64,000 bases of DNA from Dehalococcoidia bacterium (GTDB lineage Bacteria; Chloroflexota; Dehalococcoidia; Lucifugimonadales; CAYTFF01), in the NCBI GenBank assembly GCA_965249025.1, contig OZ252215.1, positions 1,807,045 through 1,871,044 on the forward strand. Reading direction: 5' to 3'. The notes below the pieces were generated by a model. It saw only the letters and a program-made list of their open reading frames with translations. It did not search any database and was not told where the DNA came from. Position 1 is the first letter of the stretch. The number at the start of each line of letters is the position of its first letter. The translations under genes and the position numbers were made by a program. Positions 20,603-31,649 of this stretch are shown here, piece after piece.

Positions 20603-21310
20603 TTGCAAGCCCGTACTCAGACCTTAGCTGACGTAGCGGTTCCCGCTTCAGGAATACTTCGCATCCCATGGATACGGGATGTTGTCTTGGTAGTTGGATT
20701 CTCATTATTTACGGCGCTGTTTGCCCAGATAGCCATCCGACTACCTTTCACCACAGTTCCCATTACAGGGCAGACCTTTGCTGTGTTGCTAACTGGTGGT
20801 GTCCTTGGTAGTAGGCGAGGGGCCTCCAGCATGTTTCTATACATGATCTGGGGATTGATCGGCATTCCCGTCTTCGCTCCGTCGGGAGCCTCGTTGCAGG
20901 GGGAATTGGTCCACTTCATTCTCCCGTGGAAGGGGTCTTCCGCATTGGTGTGGAACCTGACTAGCGGAGGTTATATAGTCGGGTTCATATTTGCCGCGTT
21001 TTTAGTGGGTAAGCTGGCTGAGAGGAGCTGGGATAGGGGCTGGCGAATAAACCTGGCAATGCTGGGCGGGAATGTCCTCGTCTATGTCTTTGGCCTTGCT
21101 TGGTTAGGTTACGTTATTGCTTCCCATAATCTGGACGCTTCATTGGGCTTCAACCTTTACGAAGCGATTCCTGGGAGAAACGCCGTGGACAAAACCTTGG
21201 TGGGAGGCCTATACCCCTTCATAGTTGGTGATCTGCTTAAACTTTTCTTGGCTGTCCTGATTCTTCCCGGGGCCTGGGAGATAGTGAACTGGTTCAAGAA
21301 GCGGGGCTAG
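20603..21310 (+). CDS. bioY: Biotin transporter BioY
   Basis: Multi-TM protein; ..LPFTTVPITGQTFAVLLTGGVLGSRRG.. is the BioY signature. TTG 20603 lies 6 nt after GGAGG. Confidence 0.8.
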   Translation: MQARTQTLADVAVPASGILRIPWIRDVVLVVGFSLFTALFAQIAIRLPFTTVPITGQTFAVLLTGGVLGSRRGASSMFLYMIWGLIGIPVFAPSGASLQGELVHFILPWKGSSALVWNLTSGGYIVGFIFAAFLVGKLAERSWDRGWRINLAMLGGNVLVYVFGLAWLGYVIASHNLDASLGFNLYEAIPGRNAVDKTLVGGLYPFIVGDLLKLFLAVLILPGAWEIVNWFKKRG

Positions 21311-21478
21311 AGGGTTGGACAGCCCCTGCTTAATGACGCGATTCTCTTAATATGATATAAAGGGCCGAAGATCTCGTCAGGTATTTTGGTTCCCTTGTGG
21401 GTTGGCTCACGGCACCCAACGCTCTTATTTGATATCCTTATGATCTGCTCCATAATCTTGCCCAAAACACCTTAGGGG

Positions 21479-23278
21479 ATGCCTGTGCTTAAAGACACAA
21501 ACTGCGGGGAACTGAGTAAAGACCATGTCGGAAAAGAGGTGACCCTGGCGGGTTGGGTGCATCGCCGTCGCGACCACGGTGGCCTCATATTCATCGACCT
21601 GAGGGACCGAAGCGGAATAGTACAGGTTACCTTTAACCCAGAGACCTTTCCTGAGCCTCACGAGGTCGCAGAGAGCCTGCGCAACGAGTGGGTGGTTCAG
21701 GTAACAGGCACCGTAACCGCCCGTCCATCTGGGACCGAAAACCCCAGTATACCTACTGGAGATGTGGAGATAGCAGCCCGTCATGCTCAGGTTCTGAATC
21801 CATCTAACACGCCTCCATTTTACATTAACGAGGAGTCCGAGGTTGACGAACTCCTACGACTGAAGTACCGCTACCTGGACCTACGCAAGCCCCGCATGCG
21901 CGATAATCTAATTCTTCGACACCGAGTGGTGAAGTTTATAAGAGACTTTCTGCATGCTAGGGACTTCCTGGAGATAGAGACGCCTATTCTGATCAAGAGC
22001 ACACCGGAAGGCGCTAGAGACTATCTGGTTCCAAGCAGGCTGTATGGGGGACACTTCTATGCCCTTCCCCAGTCTCCACAGCAGCTAAAGCAGCTTCTCA
22101 TGGTGGCCGGGATTGAAAAATACTTTCAGATTGCTCGCTGCTTCCGAGACGAGGATCTTCGGGCCGACCGCCAGCCGGAGCATACCCAGTTAGACTTGGA
22201 GATGAGCTTTGTGGAGGAGGATGATATATTAGCCCTGACGGAGGAGCTGTACGCTGCCATCGTGGAGAACATAACGCCCCACAAACGGATCCTAAAGCCC
22301 TTCCCGCGTTTGAACTATGACGAGGCCATGAATCGTTATGGCACCGACAAGCCCGATCTCCGCTTCGACCTTGAGCTGGCGGACATCTCTGACATAGCTG
22401 GGCGCTCAGGGGTTGGCGTTTTTGAAGCCGTGGTGTCGGATGGTGGAATCGTCAGGGGGTTTAGCGCTCCAGGATGCGCCGGCTACTCCCGTCGCCAGCT
22501 AGATGATCTCATCGAGTTCGCCAAGGCGAGAGGTGCCCAGGGACTGGTTACAGTGGCGCTGGACGGCGAAAGTAGGCCAATCAATGACTTAACCAGCGAG
22601 CAAGTCAGGTCGGTCCTGGCGCGCCACGTCTCTTTGGATGATGTAAAAGCTATGGCGAAACGTCTGAACGCGCAGGTTGGAGACCTGCTCCTAATAGTTG
22701 CTGGGTCTCCCAAGATAGTGAATGTCGCTCTGAGCCAGCTTAGAAATGAGATAGGACGGCGCCTTGAGCTTGCCAACCCTGACCTTCTGGCCTTCGCCTT
22801 CATAGTAGACTTCCCCCTCGTCGAATGGAATGAAGAAGAGAGCCGATGGGACCCCAGTCATCATCCCTTCACCATGCCCAGAGCCAGCGACTTGGACTAC
22901 CTTGAGTCCGATCCAGGAAGGGTAAGGGCCCATTGCTATGACCTGGTGGTCAACGGCTTGGAGCTAGCCAGCGGCAGCATCAGAGTCCACAAGCGTGAGT
23001 TGCAGGAAAGGATATTTGCTGTGTTGGGCTACTCAAAAGAGCAAGTCGCCGAAAGATTTGGCCATCTACTTAACGCCTTCGAGTACGGCGCTCCTCCCCA
23101 CGGAGGAATAGCTCCTGGAATAGATCGCCTTGTCATGGTATTGAGCGACGAGGAGAACATAAGGGAGGTCATTGCTTTCCCCAAGACCCAGAGCGCTATA
23201 GATCCGCTCTTTGAAGCCCCCTCTCCCGTCACCGACGCTCAACTCAAGGAACTGCATCTTAAGGTTGTGGATGATTAG
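21479..23278 (+). CDS. aspS: Aspartate--tRNA ligase
   Basis: 599 aa; [50 protein letters not shown] class-II motifs. Confidence 0.95.
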   Translation: MPVLKDTNCGELSKDHVGKEVTLAGWVHRRRDHGGLIFIDLRDRSGIVQVTFNPETFPEPHEVAESLRNEWVVQVTGTVTARPSGTENPSIPTGDVEIAARHAQVLNPSNTPPFYINEESEVDELLRLKYRYLDLRKPRMRDNLILRHRVVKFIRDFLHARDFLEIETPILIKSTPEGARDYLVPSRLYGGHFYALPQSPQQLKQLLMVAGIEKYFQIARCFRDEDLRADRQPEHTQLDLEMSFVEEDDILALTEELYAAIVENITPHKRILKPFPRLNYDEAMNRYGTDKPDLRFDLELADISDIAGRSGVGVFEAVVSDGGIVRGFSAPGCAGYSRRQLDDLIEFAKARGAQGLVTVALDGESRPINDLTSEQVRSVLARHVSLDDVKAMAKRLNAQVGDLLLIVAGSPKIVNVALSQLRNEIGRRLELANPDLLAFAFIVDFPLVEWNEEESRWDPSHHPFTMPRASDLDYLESDPGRVRAHCYDLVVNGLELASGSIRVHKRELQERIFAVLGYSKEQVAERFGHLLNAFEYGAPPHGGIAPGIDRLVMVLSDEENIREVIAFPKTQSAIDPLFEAPSPVTDAQLKELHLKVVDD

Positions 23279-23518
23279 GTCTGTTGCCTGATTTGTGTAC
23301 CCATATCGTAGTGTGAACTCTTATCGCGCTAGGCTATTAGTGTTCTGCTGATTTCTCCGAAGGCGTGCCCTGAGCATCGCGCAACCCTCTACATTGGGCG
23401 AGTCGGTGAGAAATTGGGTCTCATTGCTGCCTTGAGTGTCTATCGACTGTAAATACTTTCACAACCCCAATACACATGCTATAATTAAACCTACATCCTC
23501 CTTTTAGGAGACCCCCTT

Positions 23519-24877
23519 TTGAAAGTTACTCAGGAAGATACTGTACAGAGCCAAACTGTGCTCCAAGTGGAACTGGAGCCAGATGATGTGGAGCGGTATC
23601 TTAGCTGGGCCTACAAGCGAGTTGTCCAGAAGGTAAACATTCCAGGCTTCCGTAAGGGCAAGGCCCCAAGAGCTATCGTCGAAAGATTCGTTGGGCGTGA
23701 AGCACTTCTCAATGACGCCTTAGATTATATGGTCTCCGATACGACACTTAGGGCTGTTGACCAGCAAGAACTGAAGGCAGCCGCATCCCCAGAGGTTGAG
23801 ATTGAGAAGCTAGACCCTACAATAGAATTGAAGATGACCGTTCCTCTGGTTCCAGACGTGGACCTAGGCAATTATAGGGAACTTCGCGTGCCTTTCCAGG
23901 AACCGGAGATAACTGATGAGCAGGTACAGGGGAGCCTGGAGCAACTCAGAAAGGAGATAGCTCCCTGGGAACCCGTCGACCGGCAGGTCCAGTTGGGTGA
24001 CATGCTCACCCTTGATGTCAATGGGCATATAGATGGCAAGCAAATCCTGGATGAAAAGGATGTTGTCTACATAGTTGAGGAGGATAATCAGCGGCCGTTC
24101 CCTGGATTCTCGCAAAAGCTGGCGGGACTGTCCAAAGGGCTAGAACAGGACTTCACTCTGACTATACCAGAAGACTACCCCAATCCGGATGTAGCAAGTA
24201 AGGAATGTCAATTTGTCGTTACCGCTAAAGAGATCAAGGAACAGAAGCTGCCAGATCTCGACGACGAGTTCGCCAAGAGCGTGGGGGAAGGATATGACGA
24301 CTTTAATACCCTGCAAGAGAAGATGCGTGAGAATTTGAAAGAACACGCTAATCTCCATGCCAAGCAAGAGTATAGAGAGGCTGCTGTAGATGTCTTGGTT
24401 AATCAAGCTCAGCTTGAGCTTCCTCCACTGCTGGTGGAGCGTGAGATGGACAAGATTGTTCAAGAAAACCAGGAGGCATTGGAGCGGCAGCAGATTGATA
24501 TGGAGCAGTACCTAGCTAGCGTCGGGAAGACTGAGGAGCAGCTTAGGGAAGAATCTAGAGAGGATGCAGTTAAGAGGTTGCAGCGCTCCTGGGTGCTGAC
24601 CAAGCTCTTGGAGTTGGAGAATATCAAAGTGGAAGAAGAAGAGGTAGAATCAAGAGTAGAGTCGATGACGGCTGGCTCCAGCCAGAACTCTCAGCAGTTG
24701 CGGCGACTGTTTGGCTCCGAGCGAGGCAAGGAGTCCATCCGCGGGTCGCTGCTGACGGAGAAGGTCATAGATAAGTTGGCGGTCATCACCAAAGGCGGAG
24801 CGGCCGAAGGGGAGGAGTCGGGGGAAGATAGGCATTCGGAAGAGGGCGTTGAAGCGCAGAAAGGAGAATCCTCTTAG
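23519..24877 (+). CDS. tig: Trigger factor
   Basis: TTG start after AGGAG; ..[10 protein letters not shown].. ribosome-binding signature. Sits in tig-clpP-clpX synteny. Confidence 0.9.
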   Translation: MKVTQEDTVQSQTVLQVELEPDDVERYLSWAYKRVVQKVNIPGFRKGKAPRAIVERFVGREALLNDALDYMVSDTTLRAVDQQELKAAASPEVEIEKLDPTIELKMTVPLVPDVDLGNYRELRVPFQEPEITDEQVQGSLEQLRKEIAPWEPVDRQVQLGDMLTLDVNGHIDGKQILDEKDVVYIVEEDNQRPFPGFSQKLAGLSKGLEQDFTLTIPEDYPNPDVASKECQFVVTAKEIKEQKLPDLDDEFAKSVGEGYDDFNTLQEKMRENLKEHANLHAKQEYREAAVDVLVNQAQLELPPLLVEREMDKIVQENQEALERQQIDMEQYLASVGKTEEQLREESREDAVKRLQRSWVLTKLLELENIKVEEEEVESRVESMTAGSSQNSQQLRRLFGSERGKESIRGSLLTEKVIDKLAVITKGGAAEGEESGEDRHSEEGVEAQKGESS

Positions 24878-24885
24878 GGGGTAGT

Positions 24886-25494
24886 ATGGATAAGAGACCA
24901 GAGAACATCATACCTATGGTTATAGAATCAGGGGCAAGGGGAGAGAGGGCATTTGATATTTTCTCCCTGCTTTTGAAGGAGCGCATAGTATTCTTGGGCA
25001 CGCCAATCACGGACCAGGTAGCTAGTCTTATAATAGCCCAGTTGCTTTACCTGGAACGTGAGGACCCAGACAAGGACATAAGCCTCTATATTAACTCTCC
25101 TGGAGGCATTATCAGCTCTGGCCTGGCAATTTACGACACCATTCAGCTAGTGCGGCCGGATATCTCTACTATATGCGTCGGCATGGCTGCAAGCATGGCC
25201 ACGGTGTTGCTATGCTCAGGATCTAAGGGCAAGCGCTATGCCCTTCCTAACTCTACCATTCACATGCACCAGCCTTTGGGCGGAGCCCAGGGACAGGCAG
25301 CCGATATTGAGATAGCGGCTAGGGAGATCCTGAGATTACAAGACAAGATACGTGATATACTTTCTCAAAACACCAGCCAGGCATACGAAAAGATTGCTAG
25401 AGACATAGACCGTGATTACTATCTGAGTGCGGAACAGGCCCTGGAATACGGCCTGGTAGACGAGGTCTTGACCAAGCCCAGTGACGGAAAATAA
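24886..25494 (+). CDS. clpP: ATP-dependent Clp protease proteolytic subunit
   Basis: 202 aa; ..CVGMAASMA.. (Ser) and ..IHMHQPLGG.. (His) active-site contexts. Confidence 0.95.
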   Translation: MDKRPENIIPMVIESGARGERAFDIFSLLLKERIVFLGTPITDQVASLIIAQLLYLEREDPDKDISLYINSPGGIISSGLAIYDTIQLVRPDISTICVGMAASMATVLLCSGSKGKRYALPNSTIHMHQPLGGAQGQAADIEIAAREILRLQDKIRDILSQNTSQAYEKIARDIDRDYYLSAEQALEYGLVDEVLTKPSDGK

Positions 25495-25552
25495 AGCAAT
25501 TAGTGGAAGGCTGTGAGACAGTACGTAGGCTTTCTCCCAGACGACAGTCAAC

Positions 25553-26848
25553 ATGCCAACAAATCGCATTAACAAAAGCCAGTATCAGTGCTCCTTCTGT
25601 AGCAAGGCCCAGAGCCAAGTAAAACGGCTCATAGCCGGCCCAGGTAGAGTATTTATATGTGATGAGTGCGTCGTACTCTGCCAGCGTATAATCAGCGAAG
25701 AGAGCCACGATGCCCCACTGCCTGCAGATGCGTCTCAGGTCAAGTTTCTTACCCCCAAGGAGATATACAGCAAGCTCAACGAGTATGTAATGGCTCAGGA
25801 CAATGCTAAAAAGGTTCTGAGTGTAGCCGTCTATAACCACTACAAACGTATTTGGTATCCACCTCGAGAAGACGGGGTAGAGCTTTCCAAGAGCAACATA
25901 CTTCTTATAGGTCCTACAGGGTGTGGTAAGACCCTCTTCGCTCAGACACTAGCAAGGCTCCTCAATGTGCCCTTCGCCATTGCTGACGCCACCTCCCTGA
26001 CTGAGGCCGGATACGTGGGTGAGGATGTGGAGAACATCCTTCTTCGGTTGATTCAGGCTGCGGACGGGGATATTCCCCGTGCTGAGCAAGGTATCATATA
26101 TATAGATGAGATAGATAAAATATCCAGGAAGAGCTACAACCCCTCTATCACTCGGGACGTCTCAGGAGAAGGGGTTCAGCAGGCCCTGCTAAAGATTATC
26201 GAGGGGTGCGTAGCCAACGTGCCTCCTCAGGGTGGTAGGAAGCATCCCCATCAGGATTTTCTCCAGATTAGGACGGACAATATCCTCTTTATCTGCGGCG
26301 GCACCTTTGACGGCTTGCAAGAGATAGTAGAACGCCGTGTGTCCAAGGATCAAAGGAATATAGGGTTCAAGGCCAAATTCAGGAGTGTAGATGGCACTGA
26401 ACCATCGGAGAGCACGTATCATTTAGTTAATTCTGACGATCTTCTCCAGTACGGCTTTATTCCAGAGTTTGTGGGCAGGTTGCCTATACTGGCCACTTTA
26501 GATCATCTGGATAAGGACGCTTTGGTGAGGGTCCTCACTGAGCCTAAAAACGCCGTCGTGAAACAATACCAGAGCCTATTCGACTTGGACAACGTAAAGC
26601 TAGAGTTTACTCAGGACGCCTTAGAAACCGCCGCTGAAGAGTCCCTAAAAAGAAAGAGTGGGGCCAGAGCTTTGAGGGCCATAATCGAGGACGTCCTTTT
26701 GGGGGTGATGTACGAGTTGCCCTCTTTGAAAGACGTAAGTAAGTGTATCATCGATGGCGACGTCATCCATGGCCTTAAGTCGCCGACACTACTTACGGAG
26801 ACGGGGGACAGCATAGAGCTGCCCGTAGTTGAGGAGAGGTCGGCTTAG
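25553..26848 (+). CDS. clpX: ATP-dependent Clp protease ATP-binding subunit ClpX
   Basis: N-terminal zinc ribbon CSFCSK..CDEC, Walker A GPTGCGKT, ..IIYIDEIDK.. Confidence 0.95.
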   Translation: MPTNRINKSQYQCSFCSKAQSQVKRLIAGPGRVFICDECVVLCQRIISEESHDAPLPADASQVKFLTPKEIYSKLNEYVMAQDNAKKVLSVAVYNHYKRIWYPPREDGVELSKSNILLIGPTGCGKTLFAQTLARLLNVPFAIADATSLTEAGYVGEDVENILLRLIQAADGDIPRAEQGIIYIDEIDKISRKSYNPSITRDVSGEGVQQALLKIIEGCVANVPPQGGRKHPHQDFLQIRTDNILFICGGTFDGLQEIVERRVSKDQRNIGFKAKFRSVDGTEPSESTYHLVNSDDLLQYGFIPEFVGRLPILATLDHLDKDALVRVLTEPKNAVVKQYQSLFDLDNVKLEFTQDALETAAEESLKRKSGARALRAIIEDVLLGVMYELPSLKDVSKCIIDGDVIHGLKSPTLLTETGDSIELPVVEERSA

Positions 26849-27651
26849 CGAAGGGGCCTGGCAAGACGACCCTCAACCTCCCCGTTTAACAGAATAGGCA
26901 TTATAGCCTGCATGCCTCTATCCAGCACCTGACCGTTTGAAACCTTGATTCGTCCCTCTGCCACCGCCTTTAGCGTCTCCAGAAGAAGCGGCCGCTCACG
27001 TCTCATGCCCTCCTGGCGGATCAGCTTGAAAAGGGCGTTTTCCTCACCTTCCTCCGCCCTTACTTGTTCCATCTTCTTCCCTTCTATCTCATCCCACAAC
27101 TCGTTGTATGGCCCACCCGTGATGGGAAAGCTGCAATACGAGATGGGAGGTCCCTCGTCCACCGTCTCAGTAACAAGATGAACCATTGCTCCAGTCTCTT
27201 TGGCCCGTGTCTCTATAAGTTCCCAGATTACGTTTTGCCACTTCCCCTTGGGGCCGCCAGGCAATGCGGGATGAATGTTAATGGTGTTAAACAAGTGGCA
27301 GATCTCTGGGCTTACCACTAGCATGTATCCTGCCATGACACATATATCGACATCCATACATTCCAGCAATCGTAGCGCCTGCCTGTCGAAGTCTGCTCGA
27401 TGTTGGCTAAAGGGGCCTCCTCCCCGTTCCTTCCGAAACCTGGAGGACGAAAAAGCTACAAGGGGCATACCGTAGCCTCTTACCAGTTGGATGAACTGGT
27501 CGCTGCCTTTGGCCTCTCCAGGCCCACGATTGGTGAAGACGAACTCGATGCGAGCCTTAAGCTCGCCCCTTTGGATGCTGCTCTGCACTGTGCTAAGGAG
27601 GCCCCTGGAGCCTTCGCCGCGCCCTGTGGAGAACCAACCGAGTCTAAGCAT
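26845..27651 (-). CDS. Formyltransferase family protein (phosphoribosylglycinamide formyltransferase-like)
   Basis: ..[20 protein letters not shown].. formyl-transferase core with a long C-terminal extension. Stop overlaps the clpX stop by 4 nt (convergent). Confidence 0.7.
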   Translation of the reverse strand: MLRLGWFSTGRGEGSRGLLSTVQSSIQRGELKARIEFVFTNRGPGEAKGSDQFIQLVRGYGMPLVAFSSSRFRKERGGGPFSQHRADFDRQALRLLECMDVDICVMAGYMLVVSPEICHLFNTINIHPALPGGPKGKWQNVIWELIETRAKETGAMVHLVTETVDEGPPISYCSFPITGGPYNELWDEIEGKKMEQVRAEEGEENALFKLIRQEGMRRERPLLLETLKAVAEGRIKVSNGQVLDRGMQAIMPILLNGEVEGRLARPLR

Positions 27652-27659
27652 AGCGTATC

Positions 27660-28328
27660 CTATCGAACGCCGATGCGCCTGAGCAGGCGCTTCTTGATCT
27701 TGTTGTACGTAGAGATAGTGTGCACCAGAGGGTGGCTGGGCCGACCTACAATCTTACCTTGAGCCAGGGCCTCTTTGAGCCCCTGAGCCGTGCCGTCGAA
27801 TTCTGGTATCTCTGTGTAAGTCCAGCCCACTTCTAGGATAGAGTGTGAGTCCGTAACTCCCTGCGTTAGAAGACCGTGCTCCCCAGCGAAGGCCTGGGCC
27901 TTCTGGTTGTCCTCCCCTCTGATGTTTCTGGCGTTGAACCCCTCTATTATGTCGATGTAGGGCAGAACAGAATGGAGCCCTTCCCTTGTGATGACGTTTC
28001 GCCTGAACCGGTCGAAAGGGTGGGGAATGGAGACCAGTCCCCCTTGTTCCTTTATGTGCTTGGCCGTCTCTACTGTGCTGAGTCCGCTGGGGACGTCTTC
28101 TTTAATAAACAGCCCAACGATTTCGCCCTGGGACGACTTTATCTCACTACCTATGATTACCATAAAGGGAGCGATTTTGCTGACCTCTACTGCGCCTCGG
28201 ATGGTGTTATGGTCGGTGACGGCTATGCAGTTGAGTCCTACTCTAAGGCACTTGGCTACTAGGCTTTCTGGCGACATAGAGCTGTCTGGGGAGAACTTGG
28301 AGTGGATATGGAAGTCTGCTTTCAACAA
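27660..28328 (-). CDS. PHP-domain metal-dependent phosphoesterase
   Basis: N-terminal DFHIHSKFSPDS and ..CIAVTDHNT.. PHP motifs. Confidence 0.8.
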   Translation of the reverse strand: MLKADFHIHSKFSPDSSMSPESLVAKCLRVGLNCIAVTDHNTIRGAVEVSKIAPFMVIIGSEIKSSQGEIVGLFIKEDVPSGLSTVETAKHIKEQGGLVSIPHPFDRFRRNVITREGLHSVLPYIDIIEGFNARNIRGEDNQKAQAFAGEHGLLTQGVTDSHSILEVGWTYTEIPEFDGTAQGLKEALAQGKIVGRPSHPLVHTISTYNKIKKRLLRRIGVR

Positions 28329-28330
28329 GT

Positions 28331-28594
28331 CTACCCGCCTGAGGATGCGTCTTCGCCCATGAATCGCATCTGCTCGCCGAAGGCCGTTTGAAGACGGGTC
28401 ATCTTTAGCTCCGTTGCGCTTAGAAACTCATTGCACAGGCGGGCCAGCTTCATTCCATCCTCAAACAGGCGAGTAGCCTCATCGAGGGTCAGGCCGCCTT
28501 CCTCTAGCTTCTGCACCGTCTCCTCTAGGCGTTTGAAGACCTCCTCAAAAGAGAGGTCTTCAGGCTTTGGTTCCACTTTGGTGTTCTTGGCCAC
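28331..28594 (-). CDS. xseB: Exodeoxyribonuclease VII small subunit
   Basis: ..LSFEEVFKRLEETVQKLEEGGLTLDEATRLFEDGMKLARLC.. is the XseB signature. The track start 28696 overlaps the upstream gene by 61 nt; GTG 28594 after AAGGAT gives the usual length. The start is uncertain. Confidence 0.8.
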   Translation of the reverse strand: MAKNTKVEPKPEDLSFEEVFKRLEETVQKLEEGGLTLDEATRLFEDGMKLARLCNEFLSATELKMTRLQTAFGEQMRFMGEDASSGG

Positions 28595-28635
28595 TAATTT
28601 GCCATCCTTTGACTGACTGACCGAAATGAGGTCAG

Positions 28636-29748
28636 CTATTCCACTATTACCTCTACTCGTTGCGCCATGTTGTTGCCCATTCCTTGGAAGTTCCATGGCT
28701 GTTCAATTGGCTGGGTGTTGCCTTCTGAGTCTGTGGCTCGCACACTTAGTATATGTTTGCCAGGAATAGCCTGCCACTGGAAGGACCAACCTCGCCACGC
28801 ATAAGTTGAGACTGGTTCCGCTAGCTGGGCCTCGGGCCAGGTAGCGCCGCCATCGGTGCTCACCTCCACCCGCGACACCTCAAGAAGTCCAGCCCAGGCT
28901 CTTCCCCTTAGCGTCAACAGCCCGGCTTCGACGAGTCGAGTGCGGGTTACGAAGTCGGGTATGCCGGGCGGTATCATGAGCGCCCGCACCTTGATGGTCG
29001 TCACTGGCTCTCCTGGGTCATCTGCCGATTGGGAGTAACGATAGGTCTTAGTCACCTGGTAGCCTTGAAACGGTTGCTGTATGACTTCGATGCGGTCAAG
29101 CCATTTAACACTGGCCATGCCATACCAGCCAGGCGCTATGAGGCGCAACGGATACCCGTGCTGAGGCTGCAAGGGAGCGCCGTTCATCTCGTAGGCCAGG
29201 AGTGTGTCTGGGTGGGTCGCCTCTTCTATGGTGAGGCTGCGCTGGTAATACTGTGTCTCTTCTCCCTGTATGCCCTTGTCTATTCCTGTGAAAAGCGCCT
29301 CAGCAGCATCCTCTTTTGTCCCGGCGTCGTGTAGTATTTCTCTGAGAGGCGTTCCCGTCCATTCGACGGTGCCGATGGCCTCCAGTAGCCAGGGCTGACT
29401 TACTGCCCGTGGCATCAGAAGTGCACGGCCGTTGCCTGCGCACTCCATGGTCACGGTTAGGGTGGATATGGGCCTTTCCTTGATGTCGTCAAGTGACAGG
29501 GTCAAGGGGTTAGAGACCAACCCACCAACCTTCAGTCTCCATGTGACGGTGTCTACATAGGGAATATCGAAGTGGGTAAGCAAATAGTGCATCCCAGTAG
29601 GGGTAATGGGGTAGCGAAGCCCCTCCAAGGGCATTCCACTGTTGCGAAGGGCTAGCTGGACTTCTTCTTTATAGAAATTGTCTCCCTGGGCAAGACCATC
29701 CCTATTGCCAGGGGTCCGGAAACGCTTCTGTGTTCTTTGCTGAACCAT
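28636..29748 (-). CDS. Molybdopterin-dependent oxidoreductase, sulfite-oxidase family (Moco-binding plus dimerisation domains)
   Basis: 370 aa; ..TMECAGNGR.. (Moco Cys ligand context). No signal peptide evident. AGGTGA RBS. Confidence 0.8.
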   Translation of the reverse strand: MVQQRTQKRFRTPGNRDGLAQGDNFYKEEVQLALRNSGMPLEGLRYPITPTGMHYLLTHFDIPYVDTVTWRLKVGGLVSNPLTLSLDDIKERPISTLTVTMECAGNGRALLMPRAVSQPWLLEAIGTVEWTGTPLREILHDAGTKEDAAEALFTGIDKGIQGEETQYYQRSLTIEEATHPDTLLAYEMNGAPLQPQHGYPLRLIAPGWYGMASVKWLDRIEVIQQPFQGYQVTKTYRYSQSADDPGEPVTTIKVRALMIPPGIPDFVTRTRLVEAGLLTLRGRAWAGLLEVSRVEVSTDGGATWPEAQLAEPVSTYAWRGWSFQWQAIPGKHILSVRATDSEGNTQPIEQPWNFQGMGNNMAQRVEVIVE

Positions 29749-29835
29749 AGATCACCTGCTGACATGTACTATAACCAGCGGCCAAGGTTACTTAACCTTG
29801 ATGTGCCCGCTCTGATTCTCGATGCTTACTGGCTC

Positions 29836-31041
29836 TCAGTTGTCATCTTGCTGTCTTGGTGAAGTAAAAGTCACCTTGGCTCCGAAGCTACCGTCGCTGA
29901 CGGTAACCTTTATGGGGTCATTCTTCTCGACCTGGATTACATGGTGTACAACGTCGCCTGGTTCGCCTTTTTGTACTATGGCATAGCCTCTAGACAGGAC
30001 TGCCGTTGGGCTTAGTGCCGAAAGGCGCAGTTCCAGACCATTCAGGCGCTCTTGGGTCACCCCCAGATATCGAGATGCGTATGCCGTGGAGGCTCTGAGA
30101 AGATCGTCGACTCGCAATCTCATTACCGCTATGTCAGGCGCGTTGTTTTGTAGCCTTTGATAGAGTTGATACAGGTCACTGTAATGCTGGATTAGTTGCC
30201 TGGACATGCTGGAAATCAGGTCTTCTCCCCAAGACAAGACATCTGAGAATAGCTGCGACTTATCTGGCACCACAACCTCGGCAGCGGCGGAGGGCGTAGG
30301 CGCGCGGACATCGGACACAAGATCAGCTATGGTAACGTCGGTCTCGTGACCTATGCCACTGACAATGGGGACCTTGCTTCTGTAGATAGTATGGGCCACC
30401 CTCTCGTCGTTGAAAGCCATAAGGTCCTCTAGGGAACCGCCTCCCCTGGCCACGATTATTACGTCGATGCCATCTTCGTCGTTAAGAACCTCCAGGGCTT
30501 CTATGATTCCCTCTGCGGCGCCGTCGCCCTGAACATTAGTGGGCGCTAGGACCAGCTCTGCTAGGGGATAGCGCCTCTTTAGCACGTTCTGTATATCGTG
30601 GAGGACGGCTCCGGTGGGTGATGTAACTAGGCCTATGCGTTTTGGGAATTGGGGCAAATGTCGCTTTCGAGTGGGTTCAAAGAGGCCCTCTTGCTCCAGC
30701 TTCAGTTTCAGCTGCTCTAGCTGCAAGTGTAGCTCACCGACTCCCTCCGGCTGTACGATGTCCACGTAGAACTGCATGTCGCCGCGAGTTTCGTAAAGAG
30801 AGATCCTACCGTGGGCAAGCACCGCTGCCCCTTTGGACAGCAGGTCGCCTCCGTGGGCAGGTTTGAACATGACGCAACGCAGGGCGCCTGATTCGTCCTT
30901 GAGGGTGAAATAATAGTGTCCGGAACCGGAGCGGGACAGATTAGATATCTCGCCGCTGATCCATAAGTCTCGCAGCAGGGGGTCCCTTTCCAAAGACTCC
31001 TTAAGATATCTGGTTATCTGCGAGACAGAGTAGATTGACAT
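29836..31041 (-). CDS. xseA: Exodeoxyribonuclease VII large subunit
   Basis: 401 aa; N-terminal OB-fold ..GHYYFTLKDE.. and ..ARGGGSLEDLMAFNDE.. Confidence 0.9.
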   Translation of the reverse strand: MSIYSVSQITRYLKESLERDPLLRDLWISGEISNLSRSGSGHYYFTLKDESGALRCVMFKPAHGGDLLSKGAAVLAHGRISLYETRGDMQFYVDIVQPEGVGELHLQLEQLKLKLEQEGLFEPTRKRHLPQFPKRIGLVTSPTGAVLHDIQNVLKRRYPLAELVLAPTNVQGDGAAEGIIEALEVLNDEDGIDVIIVARGGGSLEDLMAFNDERVAHTIYRSKVPIVSGIGHETDVTIADLVSDVRAPTPSAAAEVVVPDKSQLFSDVLSWGEDLISSMSRQLIQHYSDLYQLYQRLQNNAPDIAVMRLRVDDLLRASTAYASRYLGVTQERLNGLELRLSALSPTAVLSRGYAIVQKGEPGDVVHHVIQVEKNDPIKVTVSDGSFGAKVTFTSPRQQDDN

Positions 31042-31044
31042 ACA

Positions 31045-31608
31045 TTAGGCTCTGGACAAATATTCGCCCGTACGAGTGTCCACCTTTACTTTGTCGCCTT
31101 TGTTGACGAAGAAGGGCACCTGTATGATTATCCCCGTCTCAAGGGTAACGGGCATGGTGCCACCTTGAGCTGTGTCGCCCTTCACCCCGGGAGGCGCTTC
31201 CGTCACTGTCAAGTCAATTTTGTTAGGCAGCTCGACTGCTATGGCCTTCTCTTGGTAAAAAAGCACCTCAACGGTCATCTCCTCCACCAGATATTTAAGG
31301 GCATCTCCAAGCTGGTCGCCAGATAATGGAAACTGCTCAAAGTTCTCTGTGTCCATGAAGTAGTAAAGATCGCCGTCGTCGTAAATATACTGGGCGCTGC
31401 GGTGTTCCACTGAGGCCGAAGTCAGCTTTACGTCGTAGCCTTGATAGGTCTTGTCTATTACCCTGCCTGTCTTCAAGTCCTTGAGCCTGATGCGCATCAC
31501 CGGTGCCCGTTGCTGCATCTTGGAACGCTCGTACTCCACTACTAGGTAGGGGACACCATCCATCTCTATGGTTATGCCTTTCTTCAGGTCGCTATAGCCT
31601 AGGGTCAT
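31045..31608 (-). CDS. efp: Elongation factor P
   Basis: 187 aa with a three-domain EF-P pattern (..DGVPYLVVEYE.., ..VPFFVNKGDKVKVDTRTGEY..). Confidence 0.9.
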   Translation of the reverse strand: MTLGYSDLKKGITIEMDGVPYLVVEYERSKMQQRAPVMRIRLKDLKTGRVIDKTYQGYDVKLTSASVEHRSAQYIYDDGDLYYFMDTENFEQFPLSGDQLGDALKYLVEEMTVEVLFYQEKAIAVELPNKIDLTVTEAPPGVKGDTAQGGTMPVTLETGIIIQVPFFVNKGDKVKVDTRTGEYLSRA

Positions 31609-31649
31609 CTAAGTCTCCTGGTTGCTTTGATATGAAGGGAATACTGAGT

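Noticed and set aside
28595-28696. Long form of xseB overlapping the sulfite-oxidase-family gene by 61 nt.
   Set aside because: The extra 34 residues are not XseB-like, and the overlap is unusually long. A GTG with an RBS at 28594 gives the canonical size. It is kept as the alternative start only.
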